A stretch of DNA of 62,580 nt, the filler included, from Bipalium vagum (taxonomy: Eukaryota), in the NCBI GenBank assembly GCA_037834085.1. It is 3 parts of 3 records of this genome, joined end to end, with 100 filler letters (N's around TTAATTAATTAA, not from the genome) between each part and the next. Parts side by side here need not be neighbours in the genome. Positions count along the whole stretch, not along the records: positions 20,744 to 46,862 come from JBBMKC010163465.1; 2 more parts are not named here. One strand, written 5' to 3'. The notes under the pieces are model-generated. The model ran no database searches. It worked only from the letters and a program-made list of their open reading frames with translations, and was not told where the DNA came from. The position numbers were made by a program, and so were the translations under genes. This document shows, one piece after another, positions 27,201 to 41,539 of the stretch; the first letter of the stretch is position 1; every line of letters begins with the position of its first letter.

Positions 27201-29518
27201 TATCTTTGAAGTTAGTTTTCTATCTAATTTTAAATTATTTTGCGACACACTGGACTAAGGCAGCTTGGTTTGAGTTTTTTGCAAACATAACTACATTTTT
27301 TCATAAAGTGATATTGCAGGTATCAAATAAGATTTAAATTTTTTCTGACAATAAATATTTAAAAATCATTTGTATTCATTCAATGGAAACAAAATTGGGA
27401 CTAGTAAGAAAAATGAAATTAAAATTTTTCTGAAGATAACTTTAAAATTAAAATTCTGGCTTTTTAATTTTTTGTACGAAGCAAGAACGAATAAAAGCAG
27501 TAAAGCTTCCTTTGGGACACTATGTACGTCTTTATTTTAATCATGGAACTCTTAGTTCAAATCTAAACGGCTTTGATCATAATTATTAACATTATTGATA
27601 AAATATGTATTTGATAATTCTAAATCTATAATTATACTTAAGTGCAGATGTCTATTATTAAAACATAATAAGATAAGCGAGTTTAAAATTTTAATAGCTT
27701 AAAGTTAATTTTTTAGAGAATCATTTATCAATCTTTATTCCAGTAGAATATTTAAATCTTATTCCACTAGTTGTAAAATCGTAACAGTCGGGAGACCTTG
27801 TATTTTGTTATTCAAAATAACCATTTTAATTCACATATATTCTTGGTATATATTGTATTGTATTGTATTGTACTGTATTTATTGTGTTCCCATCACAATA
27901 TGAGTATTATTTTGTCATTATTTTTTATATTATAATTATAAATAATTAATATTCTGACCAACATTTGGAAATTCTTCTTTCATTACACAGTACTATCAAC
28001 TTTCATAAAATCACTGAAGTCAATGGCAAATGACCAAAATTTTAGTGGCAATATTAAAATTGGTTTTCTAATTTAGTCATAATGGATAAACATAAGATTA
28101 TAAACCAAGATAACAGATATTTTGATATTTTGATGAAATAAAATTTAATTAAATTAAAAGATAAATTCATAAATTCCGCTCTGAAGTAAAATATAAAACA
28201 ATTACAGAAAGATTTCTAGAATAATAATTAACAATTAAAAATAAATAATTATTTAGTCAGTGAAAGTAAAAGTTTTTGAGATACAATGTAACTATTAACT
28301 GAAGCAGACTTTCTAAAACAATGTAATGCTTTAAATATTTTTTGTGGACAACTATTAGCTTCGATTTATCAATAAAAATGTATCTATTATTTTTTATTAA
28401 TTCTAAATAAATATCTAAAATAATTTAGCTGAAAACTGTCTCCAATTTTTAATAGTAAAATCGGAACAAAATTTACAATTCAAAATACGTTTTTATTCCA
28501 AAATTTTTGTGTCAAAGTAACAAAGGAGATCAAGCCACAATAAGTTTAGTTATCAAGAGAACAGAAACAAAATACTTGAAATAATTATTAATCCTATTAT
28601 TTTTGGTTATTACAAATCGATAATTTACTACACACATGCCGGAATCACAAAAATAACTTTCAGGATATTGAAATTTTTTTTGGGTTAAGTACTAAAATAA
28701 CTTAAAACTTCAGCCTTTGTGCGTCGGTTGAAAATTGAAGGAAATTAAATCGATAGTAAAAGTCATTTAGGTAAATATTAAAAATATAAAATATAAAAAG
28801 TTTAAGGTAAAATACAAAAATTATTTCCTGAAACAATATTTTCAAATATGCGGAATAATAGAAATTGTTCTGCATCGCAAATAAATAAAATAGGATAGGA
28901 AATACTTTGGATAATAACTTAGATTTTATACTATATTTTAAGTATCAGGATTTGTGACTGTAATCTCTTCATCGGTATCATAATAAAATAGATGTTCAAA
29001 ATCTTCGTCCTGGTCATGAAACAAATTTATAATGACATGTTCATAAAAATTTTTGTTTATCACTTGGTTCATAATTAAATGACCTTAACTTCATTAACAT
29101 TATCAAATTATGTAATGATTTTATTAATTATTAAAAGAAACTCATGATTTATCATTAAATCAAGTTAACACAATTAAAATTTTTTGACAAGATATAAATA
29201 TCAGAGACGGAACTGAATCCATTGTATAAAAAGATATGTTTTGGTTCGGATACTATTTAATTTAGGGTTTTGGTCTGGTAGCGGTTAATGGAGTCTATAC
29301 TTTTTAATTTCGGTTCGTTTATGGTTAAGGTACAGAAAAAAATTGTTTACTAGTTTAAAATTGTATTTAAATTTGCTAGTTAAATTTTTAGTAAATTTAA
29401 TAACACATTAAAATTAAGTAATATTAGGTTCATTATTATTACTAGTTGCATTAATTCTCAAAGTTTTTTAATAAAAAAATTAAAGTTCTTATACGTACTT
29501 TTATTTTTACATAACATT

Positions 29519-30510
29519 TCATTCAAAATAGCATCCATCATTTCTAACAAAATTCTCCCACTTTTTTGGCAACAAAAGAATTCCACGATAAAAATTTTTT
29601 TCTTTCTTGGAATTTGCCCAATAGTCTAGCCATTTCTCGTTATCATAATGATTATTGAAGTTCTGTTAGAAAGGTCGTGTTGCATTAAGCGAAATAGATG
29701 ATAATCACTTGGTGTTATGTTTGGTGAGTATAGTGGGGGTTAGGTAAAATCTCCCATTGAAATTCTGCTATCGTATTCATCACTAAAATCGAAGTGTGTG
29801 GTCGAGCATTATCATTCTGTAACAACACCGTCTCATGTATATTGGAACAATCTAGCCTTTTCTCATGTAATGGTTGCCTCTTTTTTAAAAATGTTATTTA
29901 TATCATTGACCACCAACTTTTCCACGTTTGAACAGCAGTTCAAAATAAATAATACTTTATTGATTCCAAAATATAGATAACATCATAATGTACGAATGTA
30001 AGTCTCGTCTTGGTATTGAATTTTCAGATGGACCCCAGGCTTCACCACACAATTCGCTTCGGATTTTCATAAAAAAATCCAGTTTTCATCATTAGTAGTA
30101 ATGAGATGTAATGAGCTTTTCCCTTTATCTACTGGGCAGCGTCTACAAATTTCTAAATTTTTTGCGATATCTAATTTCAATTGACGAGGACCATCTCTCG
30201 AGTTTTTGTTTGTATCCATTGGCTTTTAATCCTCTAATTATGATAGATTTATTTTCATTAATAACTTCGGACATTGTATCAGTTGTTTTGGATCGATATT
30301 TTCTAAATCTTCACCTAAAAAAAGCTTTGGTTGACCTGGACGTTGTGCATCTTGCAAATCAAAGTCACCAATTTTGAATCAATCTCAACAGCATTTTTCA
30401 GACAGCATCGTTGCCATAAGCTTCTGAAAGCATTCTACGAAAGCACATTTAAGATGAAAATAAAAAAGCAACGCCTTCCGTAAATGTTCTTTTTTAAATA
30501 AAAATGTTCT
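29519..30510 (-). mobile_element. Decayed mariner (mauritiana-like) nested in the hAT
   Basis: KEHLRKALLFYFHL N-terminus, YSPNITPSDYHLF, and C-terminal YRGILLLPKKWENFVRNDGCYFE*. Confidence 0.85.
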
Positions 30511-31070
30511 ATTAAGAAGATCGGTTTTTGTTTGCTGTAATATAACTAAATAATATTCCATTATTTTAACATTTAAATATTAATATTTAAAAAATCTTAC
30601 CAATTGATTTAAATTATCGCTGAAATATTTAATAAATTAGTGAATAAAAACAAACAGTGAGAATTAATACAACTACCTAAAAATTTGTTGTTTAAATTGA
30701 TGATCAACATATCCTTTAATAAGCTATCTTCTATATTATTTCTTTTATCTGATAAAATAAAGTTTAAAATTGAAAAAGCTCTTAACTCTAACCTGGATAG
30801 CAGGAACAGCAAAAAATTTTTTTACAAGCTTAGATAATCTATGTCCTAAAATTATCATATATTTACACTTGCATTAAGCCTTTTAATAGAACCTAGAAAA
30901 GCATTCAACTTTTCTTTCATACTATGTCACATATATTTATCAAATTCCATTTTATTTGTTTTCTTAGGTTTCATATCCTCACATAAATCATTAATATTGT
31001 ACTTGTGAGCTTCAATAGAACTCAGGTCTTTTGGATAAAAATTTCTCCTTTAACATTTATTTAATTAAAA

Positions 31071-32736
31071 TCGGTTTTCCTTTTATCAAAATCTTTTGTT
31101 TGACTCGTCTTGTGCATCCAACATCCCACTTAATAGACAAATTCGTCTTCGTATTTCTTTAAAATTATCATTAATTTCTGATCTCCTTTGGCTTTAACTA
31201 ATTTTACTGCTCTTTTGAATCTCGTGATGAAATTAAATCCCCAAACCTAGCTTCTAATGTACATGTCCATTCATCTCCTCTCGAAATTTCCATTTCTGCG
31301 CCTGACTTTCCATGCAAGCTAAGACCAAATTGCTTCTCCATCCGATAATCTCTGGTGATTAGTCTGATTTTCGATCCAACCTGAACACATGATGTTCGAC
31401 CTGCAATTGTTAATCTGCTTTTATTCGCATATCGCAATTTTTCCGTGGTAGGCATAAGTTCCAGAGTCTTCAGGGCTAAAAATACTCGCTTACTCATCAT
31501 ATTGACTCTTGCACCCGTATATAGCAAACATTCCAAGAGTTGCCGTTTATTTTTATCGTCATACTCGATCTCTTTGGTAATATCTCAACATAGGTTTTAA
31601 ATCGTCATTCATTGTAGCATCTCACATTCCTCATCATTTTTCCGAAAGTTTCACTCTGTTTTGATAAACCTCTTTTGAAACTCGTTCTCTCGGGCAGCTT
31701 TTTTCCTGGTTAATCCAATATTTCCTCTAATGCAAGGTCCCGATCATATCCCATCAGATCGAGGTCAATACATTTGGGTTCTCACTTCACATTCTTCATA
31801 ATTGTCTTTTTTGTCTGTAATTGTTATTCTGGTCTGCGTCTTGAATTTCATTCGAATATTTTCTTATATCCTCTACAGTATTGACATACTGTTTCCTGCT
31901 CCCATCCAATCCACGTGTTCTTGGATTTTACTGTATATTTATTTGAAAATAAGTGCATTTACTTTCTCCATTTCCACTTCTTTGGCATTTAGAATATCTG
32001 TTGTTTGGACAAAAATCTGCTTACAATGCCGGAAATAAGTCGTCCAGATCATAAAAATTTTAAAAATTCAAATTATTTTTGCCAGAAACACAAAAATCAC
32101 AAAACAAATTTATTCTAACATAAGTTAATATAAAATAATATTACAATAAAATAGGACAAAATTTCAATAACATATCTGCATTCCGCGAGAAGCGATAATG
32201 TGATCTGGTATACACGTGAAGCATTTTCTTTCCGACTTATGTGACACTGTTTATTGCATGACCAGCATACTACACTTGCATTCGAAATTGAGGGTTTGTC
32301 TCTTGTCTTTATTTTTACCCCTGAACTCTTGAAATCCAGTATTCAACAAATCTTTGTAGGGAAATGCACATCATTTATTTTACTTAAATCATTTTCAAGA
32401 TCAGTTATTATCCATATACAATTTCTTCGGTTCTTCGAAAATATATTTCACATCCTCTTTTTCTTGTCTTTGCTAAGAATTTCTTCTAAATCTGATAATA
32501 TATTTTTTTGGTCTGCTAAAGGCGAGTCCCAATTTCTCTTCAAAATTTGCCGCTTTCAATGCTGTTTCAACGTATTATTCTTCCAGATCTTCGTGTCCCA
32601 TTTTTTCAATCCAGAATTCCAGATCTTTTTTCTTAATCTGGATCAGATCGAAATATCGATTGCATTATTTGATATTTTTTTGCAAATCATCTCGGAATAG
32701 ATCGATTCAGGATATTTGCAGATTGGAAGGTGTTGC
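31071..32736 (-). mobile_element. Ty3/gypsy-like LTR-retrotransposon debris (gag with zinc knuckle; aspartyl protease)
   Basis: LECLLYTGARVNMMS is a degenerate retropepsin LLDTGA motif (31204-31536); CWSCNKQCHISRK is a degenerate CCHC knuckle at about 32230-32275. Confidence 0.75.
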
Positions 32737-34292
32737 CATATAAGCTTCAAAAGAAGTCAACTCTTTTGGGTAAGACAAATCCTCTTCTTTTAACATTTAT
32801 TTAATTAAAAAACTGCCAAGCTTCTCGAAAAATTAAACAACTTCAATTATGACGTAATTAAAATATAAACAATAATTTTTAAATTTTAAAGTCTCATAGT
32901 TCTAATGCTCAATTTCTTGCAATAAATATTCAATATAATGTTCTTGTATATAGTTAAAATTGACAAGAAAATTATTGCCCAAACTGTGAACCTAATCTGT
33001 GAATATTTTGAGACGTGAAATATCGCTTGGAATACTTATCTGTACTAAATGGATTTTTGCCTGTCTTTTCTTACTATATCTAAAAGTATCTGAAATTGAA
33101 AATCTAGAAATAAGCAAGCGACTATTGAATCACTTCTCATTAGTATCTTGATCCATTTATCTAAGACGGCTAAATATACTTTTGCATATTTATTCCGGTT
33201 GTTTAGGTTGCTTAATTTTTCTTTACACATTACTCATACAATATAAAAATATCCCATAGTTTCTTTTAAATATTTTGAAATATGTGATTGGTAGGTTTAA
33301 GTATTGATAAAATTTTCTGAAGAAGTCAACAACTTCCTTTAACATTAATCATTTTGTCAAAAACAATATTTTTATTATTTAGTTTTATTACTGTTCCTCT
33401 TCGAATCCATATAATATATACTATATACCGTGTTAGTATCGGCCTGCTTTTAATTTATGCCTGTCTCATTAATTTATGCTAATTATACTGACTAAAATAT
33501 AATTACATTATGGGACTTTTCGGCTTTGTGGGTTATATAAAATTTCTTTTTTATTTTATTTTTTGTTGTTTTTGTAAGACTATTAATAATAAAAATGATA
33601 AAATTTTTATTAATTTAAGGTACAAACCTGCTAAAATTAAACTAATATATTGAGTTATAAATTTAATACAACTGATTTTTATACAAAAGAGAATATTTAA
33701 AAAAACTGTATATTCATTCTATTTAAGTTTAGTTCGGTTCAAAAAATCATAACCTGGTTCGATTTTTGCACTATAAAATGTACGGCTTACGGTATTTATG
33801 ATTCAGTTCTAACCCGATTTCTATCTCTGATAAATGTAAAATGTCAAAATATATAAAAAGATTAGCTAATAATTACTTAAAATTAAAATATATTTTAGGT
33901 CTATAGACCATATATATAAATAAAATTTAGTGATAAACTATTAAGAGGACGCATTAATTCTGGTCTAAAATTAAAATAAGCAATAAGGTTGGTTCTAGAG
34001 TAAAACCTCCATTAAAGTACATCCAATATCCACAAAAGAAGTTATGGAATATGACTTTATAATGTATGTACCTCAAATATTTTAATCTAAATTATGACAT
34101 TACGTTATATTACCTTGTCTAAATGTCTAAATTTAATTTCAAAAAATTTATTTATTATTATTTATTAATATTATAATCATAGTTTTCCAAAGAAACGCAA
34201 TAAATCTATTTTAATTATATCAACATAACAAACAACATTTTTAAAAAATTTATTACCTTTTCCTAAAATCATTTTATTAGAACAATATTTAA

Positions 34293-34935
34293 TTATAAAT
34301 ATTCATCCAGTGTTTTTTGGAATTTCTTTTCTTCCAATAATTCTACAGTGAATTGTTCATATTCACAATGTTTCTGAAAGTTTTTCGCTCGATGTTGAAC
34401 ACCTCGGTGAAGAATTTTTGAAGCTTCTTGCATTTGAGAATCGATTGGAGTAGTTTCCAAAATTTCTTCTTTTTCGATTTTATCTTTGTTTAGTGATATA
34501 TTCGAATCTATAACAGATTGACAAATGTCTGATGTTGTCATTGTTGATACTGCTGGACATCATTATCAATATCTAACCAATTTTCAATTTTTTCTTTTGA
34601 CATATCATATGATTGCTGGTCCAAGATATCGCTAGCAATATTATAATCTTGAAATTCAGAATCTAGTTTTAAAAACCCACTCTTTTTGAAGCAGTTTATG
34701 ATTGAGTTCTCTGTGATATGTTTTCACGACATTGTTACCAAGTGCAATGTATCAAGGAGGGAAAATGATTGTGTAATTTCATTTGCATCAAGTGGATCTG
34801 GATTATCAGTTATGATTCGTGCACGTATTGCTTTGGGGTAATAAGTTTTTAAAGTTCGTATAATGCCTTGATCACATGACTGAATTAACGATGTAGTATT
34901 CGAAGCTAAGTAAATAATTTTGATTTTCTTTAATT
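34293..34935 (-). mobile_element. Tigger/pogo transposase C-terminal (DDE_1) remnant
   Basis: IKIIYLASNTTSLIQSCDQGIIRTLKTYY...LLDTLHLV...ITENSIINCFKKSG. Confidence 0.88.
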
Positions 34936-35951
34936 ACATATTGATTCGATTCTTTGTTTTTCATTTACGGACAAATGTACACGTTTCAAATTTATTTTTT
35001 TTTGAATCCACAAATTTTAAATTTTGTAATAACCAGGCTTAATATTTAAACAAATGTAATTGATTTGTGTGATTCTTCATTAGATGATAAAACTTTTTTT
35101 AATAAATTGATAACATAAACCAAACTTTTATTTCAATAAACGGCTTATTTTTTTTATTAATTTACATCGAAAAAATCGGGCCATGATATTTTTAATAACA
35201 CATTACCCGATTGATATTATCTATCTACGGAGTTACGTGATTCTGAATTACTGATAATGTTTTTGTTCAGTGTATTATTTTATATTGATTTTTAAAATAA
35301 ATTTAACTATTTCATTTTGATAGGTGCTGTCAATAATTAATTTTCAAAAGATTATTAATATTTAAAAAAGAAAAGTGAATTGATTTTAGATTACTTTTTT
35401 CAAATTAGATTCTCAATTTTTGTTATCTTAGAATACGTAAAAAATTAATTTGAAAGTGTCCTATTTGAAAAATCTTTGTGTATCAGGATTAAGTAACAAA
35501 ATTTTACGTTTAAAATAATTAATAATAAAATTAACCCTTTTTTAATAATACAATTTGTAAAATTTTTTAAAAAAAAATTATAAAAACGATAAGAATAAAA
35601 TTGATTTAAAAAATTCATGAAACTTTAATCATGAATGAAGCTTAAATTAACAGTTTTACAACATATTAAGTATTAAGTATTAATATTATCGGAATTTCAT
35701 ATTCAATATATCTGAAAATTTTTAAGCTGTAGATGAATATGTACAATTAATATACAAACAGAAATTTATTTTGCAAAGAAAAAAATGATAATTTCTGCAG
35801 GTTCATAATTATCAATTTAAAGTTTTTTCAGAACTTCTGAAAAAATTTTCTTTTAATTTCAAAAATTTTTAATCTTTATATGATTTGTTACAATTTTTTA
35901 ATTAATAACTTTAATTTAATTGATAAATAAAAATTTTTATGTATTTTTAAG

Positions 35952-36227
35952 AGATGTGTTTCGTCAAAAATTATTGGACATCTTCTTGTAATTCCTTGTC
36001 TATCATTAAGTTCGGGTGATTATTTTAATCGAAATAGTTTAGTGGAAAAAAGAACAGGTCTTTTAATGCTTCAATTATTATCAGTTTTGGCTACAGACCA
36101 AGAAATAAACAGACTAATGTTTTTTAATCAAATTGAATATCTCCATGTTCTCCATAGAATATTGATGCAATTAAACATTCAAGATATTGAAAAGCATGGT
36201 TTTCTTAGTTTTAATTGTTCAAAGACT
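35952..36227 (+). CDS. Internal exon of an unidentified host protein gene (helical, ARM/HEAT-like)
   Basis: ttttaag| acceptor, 92 open codons RCVSSKIIGHLLVIPCL...GLLMLQLLSVLATDQEINRLMF...NCSKT, |GTAAGT donor in phase 0. Confidence 0.7.
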
Positions 36228-37776
36228 GTAAGTTCATTTTTATTTACTAAATGTTAATTTTCCATTTTTATATTTAATATATAATAAAAAGGAAAAATTA
36301 GAAATATAAAGATGAGAAATATAATAATAAATTTTAAATTAAAAGAAAAATGTGAAATAAAATGAAATATAATAAATTAAAATGAAATTAAATTAAAGTA
36401 AATTAAGGCTTAATTAAATAAAGCTCTTAAACATTTTTAAAAAATAAATTGAAGTTAAATAAAACTTTACAATAAGAAATAAAAGAAAATATTTTTAAAG
36501 AAATATCTATAATTTTATGAAAGTATTAATAATAAATAATTAAAAATTTTTATTTTAAAGGAATAGTTATTACTGCGCTGTGATCTATTTTTTGGTTTTC
36601 AAATCTCGTTTTTTTATATTAGCTTCATTTTTAAAACAATTTTTTAACATTAATTAATACATTCTTCGTTGACACGATTAGAGATTTCCATTTAATTCTC
36701 ATTAGTCTGTACTTAGTATAATTATAAATTTTGTTATAATAATATTTTATAATTCGTTATAATTTCTCAAATGAATTATTTAATTTTTTTGAAAAAATAA
36801 TTTTTCTAATATATTCAAAGAACTTATTGAATAAATAATTAGTGTTACTTAATTTGAATTTTAAACTTATAATTAAAGATCTTTTTTCATGATAATTTTA
36901 ATATTTTTATGACATTTATTTTATTTTATTTCGTATGGGTTATAATGCAAGAAAAAGTAAGTAAAATATTTAGTTTCTTGAAAATAAGTTCTTTTTTTCA
37001 AAAGTTCCAGACTTTCATTTAAAAAAATACCTGATTTTTAAAAACTGTTTTAACAATTTTTTATTGAATTTTTTGAGATTTCTAATGGTAACATGAAACC
37101 GTTTTCAATCCCCTTAAGAGTTTTCAAAGAATTGGAAGTTGCATACTCCAAAAAAACTCTCCTATCACCTTATCATCGGAGGTTATCCAGGTTTTCAAAG
37201 ACTTTCATCGATAAACCTTTGTATCTTTATTAAATATTTCATGCAGTTGAGTATGTTTACATTTTTTGTAGAGGTTTTTTTACTATAGTAATGTTTCTAA
37301 CAGCCATTGTTTCAACAACTTGGTCAATTTTTTATTCTTATATAAAAGTGCTCGAATATAACTTTGATTCAAACGAGATGAAGATATGAAGTAGATTAAA
37401 TCAAAAAAAAATAAATATTAAAGTAAATTTAAATGCAAAACTTTTAAAATGAGATAAATAATTTATTAAAATTATTTATGATTAATGATTTTTATTAACA
37501 AAACTTTTAGAAAATTTTAAAGTGCAAAATCTTAAATTCATATTGATTTTTCTATATTGTTATTGAAACTTATTTAGGAAAATCTATAATTACCTTAACT
37601 TAATTATGACAATTTAATTTTGATAATTGTGTAATCTTGAAATTTTTTATTTGAACTTTAGAAAGAAAATTTAAACTGAAATCAGTTATGTATTGTAACA
37701 TTAAAAAGTGAAAAGAAGAATAACTTGTTTTTAACTCATTTTATATATCATTCTGAATAATTACCAATGTGTTTAG

Positions 37777-37852
37777 GAATCAAAGTATATTTTGAAAATC
37801 ATTGCATATTACCTATTTTACAATTCGAATTCGATCGATTCTCTGTTGACTG
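37777..37852 (+). CDS. Next exon of the same gene (phase 0 in, phase 1 out)
   Basis: gtttag|GAATCA...ACTG|GTAAGT; ESKYILKIIAYYLFYNSNSIDSLLT-G continues the previous exon in frame. Confidence 0.6.
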
Positions 37853-38189
37853 GTAAGTAGGTTTGTTTTCATAACAAAATTCTAACTGGTCCTAGAAATA
37901 TAAATTAATAAATAAAAGCAACTATCACATAAAATTTAAAGATAAATTATCAAAATTTTTTTTGATTGATCAAGAAATTTATAAATTTACTTTGAAAGCA
38001 TAGGTATATTATTTTTGTAAGGTCAAGAATAATTTTAAAAGATGACACGTTATTTTCATTTTATCTATATGTCGATTCTTAAGTCTAATTTTATAAAATC
38101 AATATTTTAAATTTTATTTTATAGTAAATTGTATTTATTTCGAGTTTTCTTAAAATTAAAACCAGGTTTTTAAGAATTAGAAGTAATTA

Positions 38190-38640
38190 GTATTCACATA
38201 CTAAATAAAACTGATTTCCAGTCATTGACAGTCCAATTTTTTATGAATACGAGCAAACGCCAAATGTTTTGTAACATTCACTGATGACAGTAGGTGCTTT
38301 ATGGGTACTATTCTTCCGTTCAAACCAGCTTCTTTCAGTCTTTTTCGAACTGTTATTTCTGGTAAATTTATGCAATAGTCCGTTTTATTCGTTCTAGTAC
38401 TTCAGGTTGATTCTCTAGAGATGTTTAGGCAAGAATCTTCCCAGTTGGTCGTCTTTCTAGGTTTCCCAGTCTTCTGGATATCTTTGACTGAGCCAGTTGC
38501 CTTGTACTTATTCACAATTGCCTGTAAATTTCCTCGACTTGTTTTGAGCTTCTTTACAATTTTTCTTTTAGGAATTCGATTTTTGGGCCATAAATACGAC
38601 ACCTAAACGAACTTTGTCTGATAATTTCAGATAATATCAA
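38190..38640 (-). mobile_element. Tc1 transposase N-terminal half remnant
   Basis: IVNKYKATGSVKDIQKTGKPRKTT, RLKEAGLNGRI and LAFARIHKNWTVNDWKSVLFS motifs. Confidence 0.85.
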
Positions 38641-39123
38641 GTTTCTAAGAATGAAAATAATTTATAATAATACTTAATTAATACTTAATAATACTTAATT
38701 ATATTAATAAGAAGTATAATGAAACAAATCATAAATGCATATCATTACTGGTGTCATATTACTTTTTTCCAGGTAATGTAAGTCCTATTAATGATAAATG
38801 ATGTTTAAATCTTGCGGTATGTCACAGGACAATTAAGACCTTGGATGGTATCAATGTTTGGTAGCATAAGATTGATTTTGAACGCCCTACTTAAATTGAT
38901 TTTTCGGGAAACTACAACCATTATTAAATACTTAAGATCACGTTATTGAGATAATCCTTGTCAGAAATCATGATAATAAACTATAGCAATGAAATTATTC
39001 CGAATTAACTTTATTTTTATACTGAGAATGAGATTTTGAGATTGAAATATTTATTTTTCAAATAATTAGTCAAATAAAGTAAAAATCTATTAAGAAAAAG
39101 TCAGGTCAAATCTTGTTAATATA

Positions 39124-40099
39124 CAGGGTGGGCAAACAAAGACAATCTTATGTAGACTAAAAGTATTTTGCAATTATTAAAAATTTGTATGTATAGAAAA
39201 TGTTTTACCAAATATAATTTATAGAGATTTGTAACACTATATGAGATATCATATCTTTCAAATTACTCTTACAATCTTGCTGTTATGTTAGAACTCTTTT
39301 CAAAGTATTTTCCATAACTGATTGTAAAGTTTCTGGAGATAATTAATTATTTTCAGATAGAATGTTTTCCTTCAGTTGCTCAATTGTTTGTGGTTTGTTA
39401 ACGTATAACTCTGTTTTTCAAGAAACCACAAAAGAAAAAGTTTTGACCTGACAGATCTGATGAACAAAAAGGCCAAGAGAAGTTTGCATTTCTAAAGCAG
39501 TCGTCAAACATTTCATGAAGAATATAATTCGTGCCTCGAGCAGTATGAGTATTGGCTCCGTCATGTTGGAACCAAATACCTTCAATATTCGTTATCACAG
39601 GTACGTCAGAAAGCTTACAGTATTGTCCAGTACCGGGTTGTATTAGGAGTTTGTGCATGACCTACGTTCTTCATCTTTAAGAAATATGGACATAGCACAA
39701 TACCAAGCTATTTCTTGATCCATTTGAATTTTGTACGGGTATTTAAAAATCAATCTTTATAATGTTCTGAAAAATCTTAATTTGGATGCACGCTTTCGCG
39801 TTGGGACACGTCGATTTTCGCTGAGACTCTGTGGGACAAACTCCACAGCTTCTGGAGAGCTTTTGGGCATCTGCTAGCACACTCTGTCAAGATATTATTG
39901 TTAAGTTTCAATAACAAATCGTTCCGATGAATAAAATTTTAAATTATCTTACACATTGCTTCACTTTGTAATTGTGCATAACAAATTTTCAGCTATTTAC
40001 CTAAAATTCACAAAAAAATTAAAATATTTAACATGTTTAAAAATTTTTAAAAATAGTTATTTCCTTTTTAAAGCAGATTGTCTTTGTTGGCCAACCATT
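39124..40099 (-). mobile_element. rosa/DD41D-type element with both TIRs, internally deleted
   Basis: TA|CAGGGTGGGCAAACAAAGACAATCT and AGATTGTCTTTGTTGGCCAACCATT|TA; WFQHDGANTHTAR...WPFCSSDLSGQNFFFCGFLKNRV. Confidence 0.88.
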
Positions 40100-40327
40100 T
40101 ATTGTCAGTTCCAAACATATCGAGTAACTTATGTATTATTACAATAAAATATTATTAAAAATATTATGAATAAAAATAAAAATATTATTTTGCTGTCCAT
40201 TAAGTTTTGGAAGTTTTAATATATAAGTTTTAATGTATATAGTTTTTATTTCACTTTTACGTCGTCTCATAAGTCTACGGAAAATATGTATAGAACAAAC
40301 ATTATTTTATAAAAACACAGGAATATT

Positions 40328-41338
40328 TTATTCGATAATATAATGTCCATCGTTATCAATTATTTTTGTCCAACGTTCAGACAAAAGTTCAATACCATGC
40401 TTTAAAACCTTCTTGTCCTTGCGGACGAAATACAGAGATGGAAATTTCGACAATGCATTTTGTATTGAATTTTTTCCCTTTAAGAAGTGGTGTAATGAAC
40501 AGAAAAGATAATAATCTGTTGGAGCAATATCTGGACTATACGGTGGGTGAGGAAGAAGTTACCAAAAACTCTTATAATTTCTCCCTGGTCAATTTTGATG
40601 TTTGCGATTTTGTATTATCTTGTTGAGGAATAACGCCTCGTCGGTTGAGCAGAAATGGTCTGGTAAGTTTCAATTTATCACATATTTAACTCAATTCTTA
40701 CAATTGACCTGCTTAATGATGGTTTCCCTCATATTCAGGAGCTCCATATATATTATTCCCTTCATATATCACCACACACAGAGAAGAACTTCTTTTGTAT
40801 TAAGACCTCGTTTAGCCGTTGGAATTGGTTCTTCACCAGAACCTAACCACTGCTTTTACGCTCAGCATTGACATATAAAACCCATTTTGCATTTCATCAT
40901 ACAATTCTTTCCAGAAATGGATCTAGATCATGGCGAGTTAGCAAAGATGAGCAAACTGTCACCGATTCAAAAGTTTCTGTTCATCTAGAGCATCTGGAAT
41001 TCATTTTCCGCATTTAAAAGTTTTCCCATTTGAATTAAATGGCGATGAACCCTTGCCTTAGACGTGTCAGTGACTTTTGCCAATTTCCGTATTGTTCGAC
41101 AAGGATCTTCTTCCACTAGTCTATTTAGGTCGTCAATGTCTGTTTGTACAGGTCGACCTGATCTGGGCTTCTCTTGCATGTCGAAACCTTTGTTCTGAAA
41201 CTTCTAAAACCATTTTCCACATGTACTTAAAAAATAAGATTGATTAATGCCTACATAATCGTTCATAAGACTGTCTGGTGTTTAATCCGCACTTAAAGTC
41301 AACAGACAGACCCTTATCATTTCTTGAGTAAGTTCCAT
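40328..41338 (-). mobile_element. Decayed mariner transposase, near full length
   Basis: MELTQEMIRV start, EKPRSGRP..DIDDLNRLVEEDP..TIRKLA, YSPDIAPTDYYLF and WTKIIDNDGHYYIE* end. Confidence 0.9.
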
Positions 41339-41539
41339 CTCTAAGAATAAGAAATCTTAAAATATAATGTAAGAATAATACATTAATTTTATATAGAAGC
41401 ACCTTTAAATAATATTATTTTAAATAATACGCTTATACATTATTTCAATTAATGTGGATAAGGAATACTAAATATGAAAATAAGGAATACTATATGAAAA
41501 ATCATAAAAACTTATGAGACGACTTAATAGACAAAATCC

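Larger units (their letters stand above)
29202..33829 (-). mobile_element. Decayed hAT transposon with TIRs and TSD, hosting nested insertions
   Basis: TIRs CAGAGACGGAA / TTCTATCTCTG; 8-bp TSD ATAAATAT vs ATAAATGT; subterminal GGTTC/CGGTT repeats. Transposase remnants IVACLFLDFQFQILL (about 33060-33130) and dimerisation-domain RAFSILNFILSDKRNNIEDSLLKDMLIINLN (about 30690-30790). Confidence 0.82.

Noticed and set aside
28000-28570. Decayed coding-like block faintly like a Polinton minor capsid gene
   Set aside because: No continuous frame or diagnostic motif; cannot be supported without a profile search.
32254-32700. 148-aa hydrophobic plus-strand ORF
   Set aside because: Antisense shadow of the A-rich gag remnant on the minus strand.
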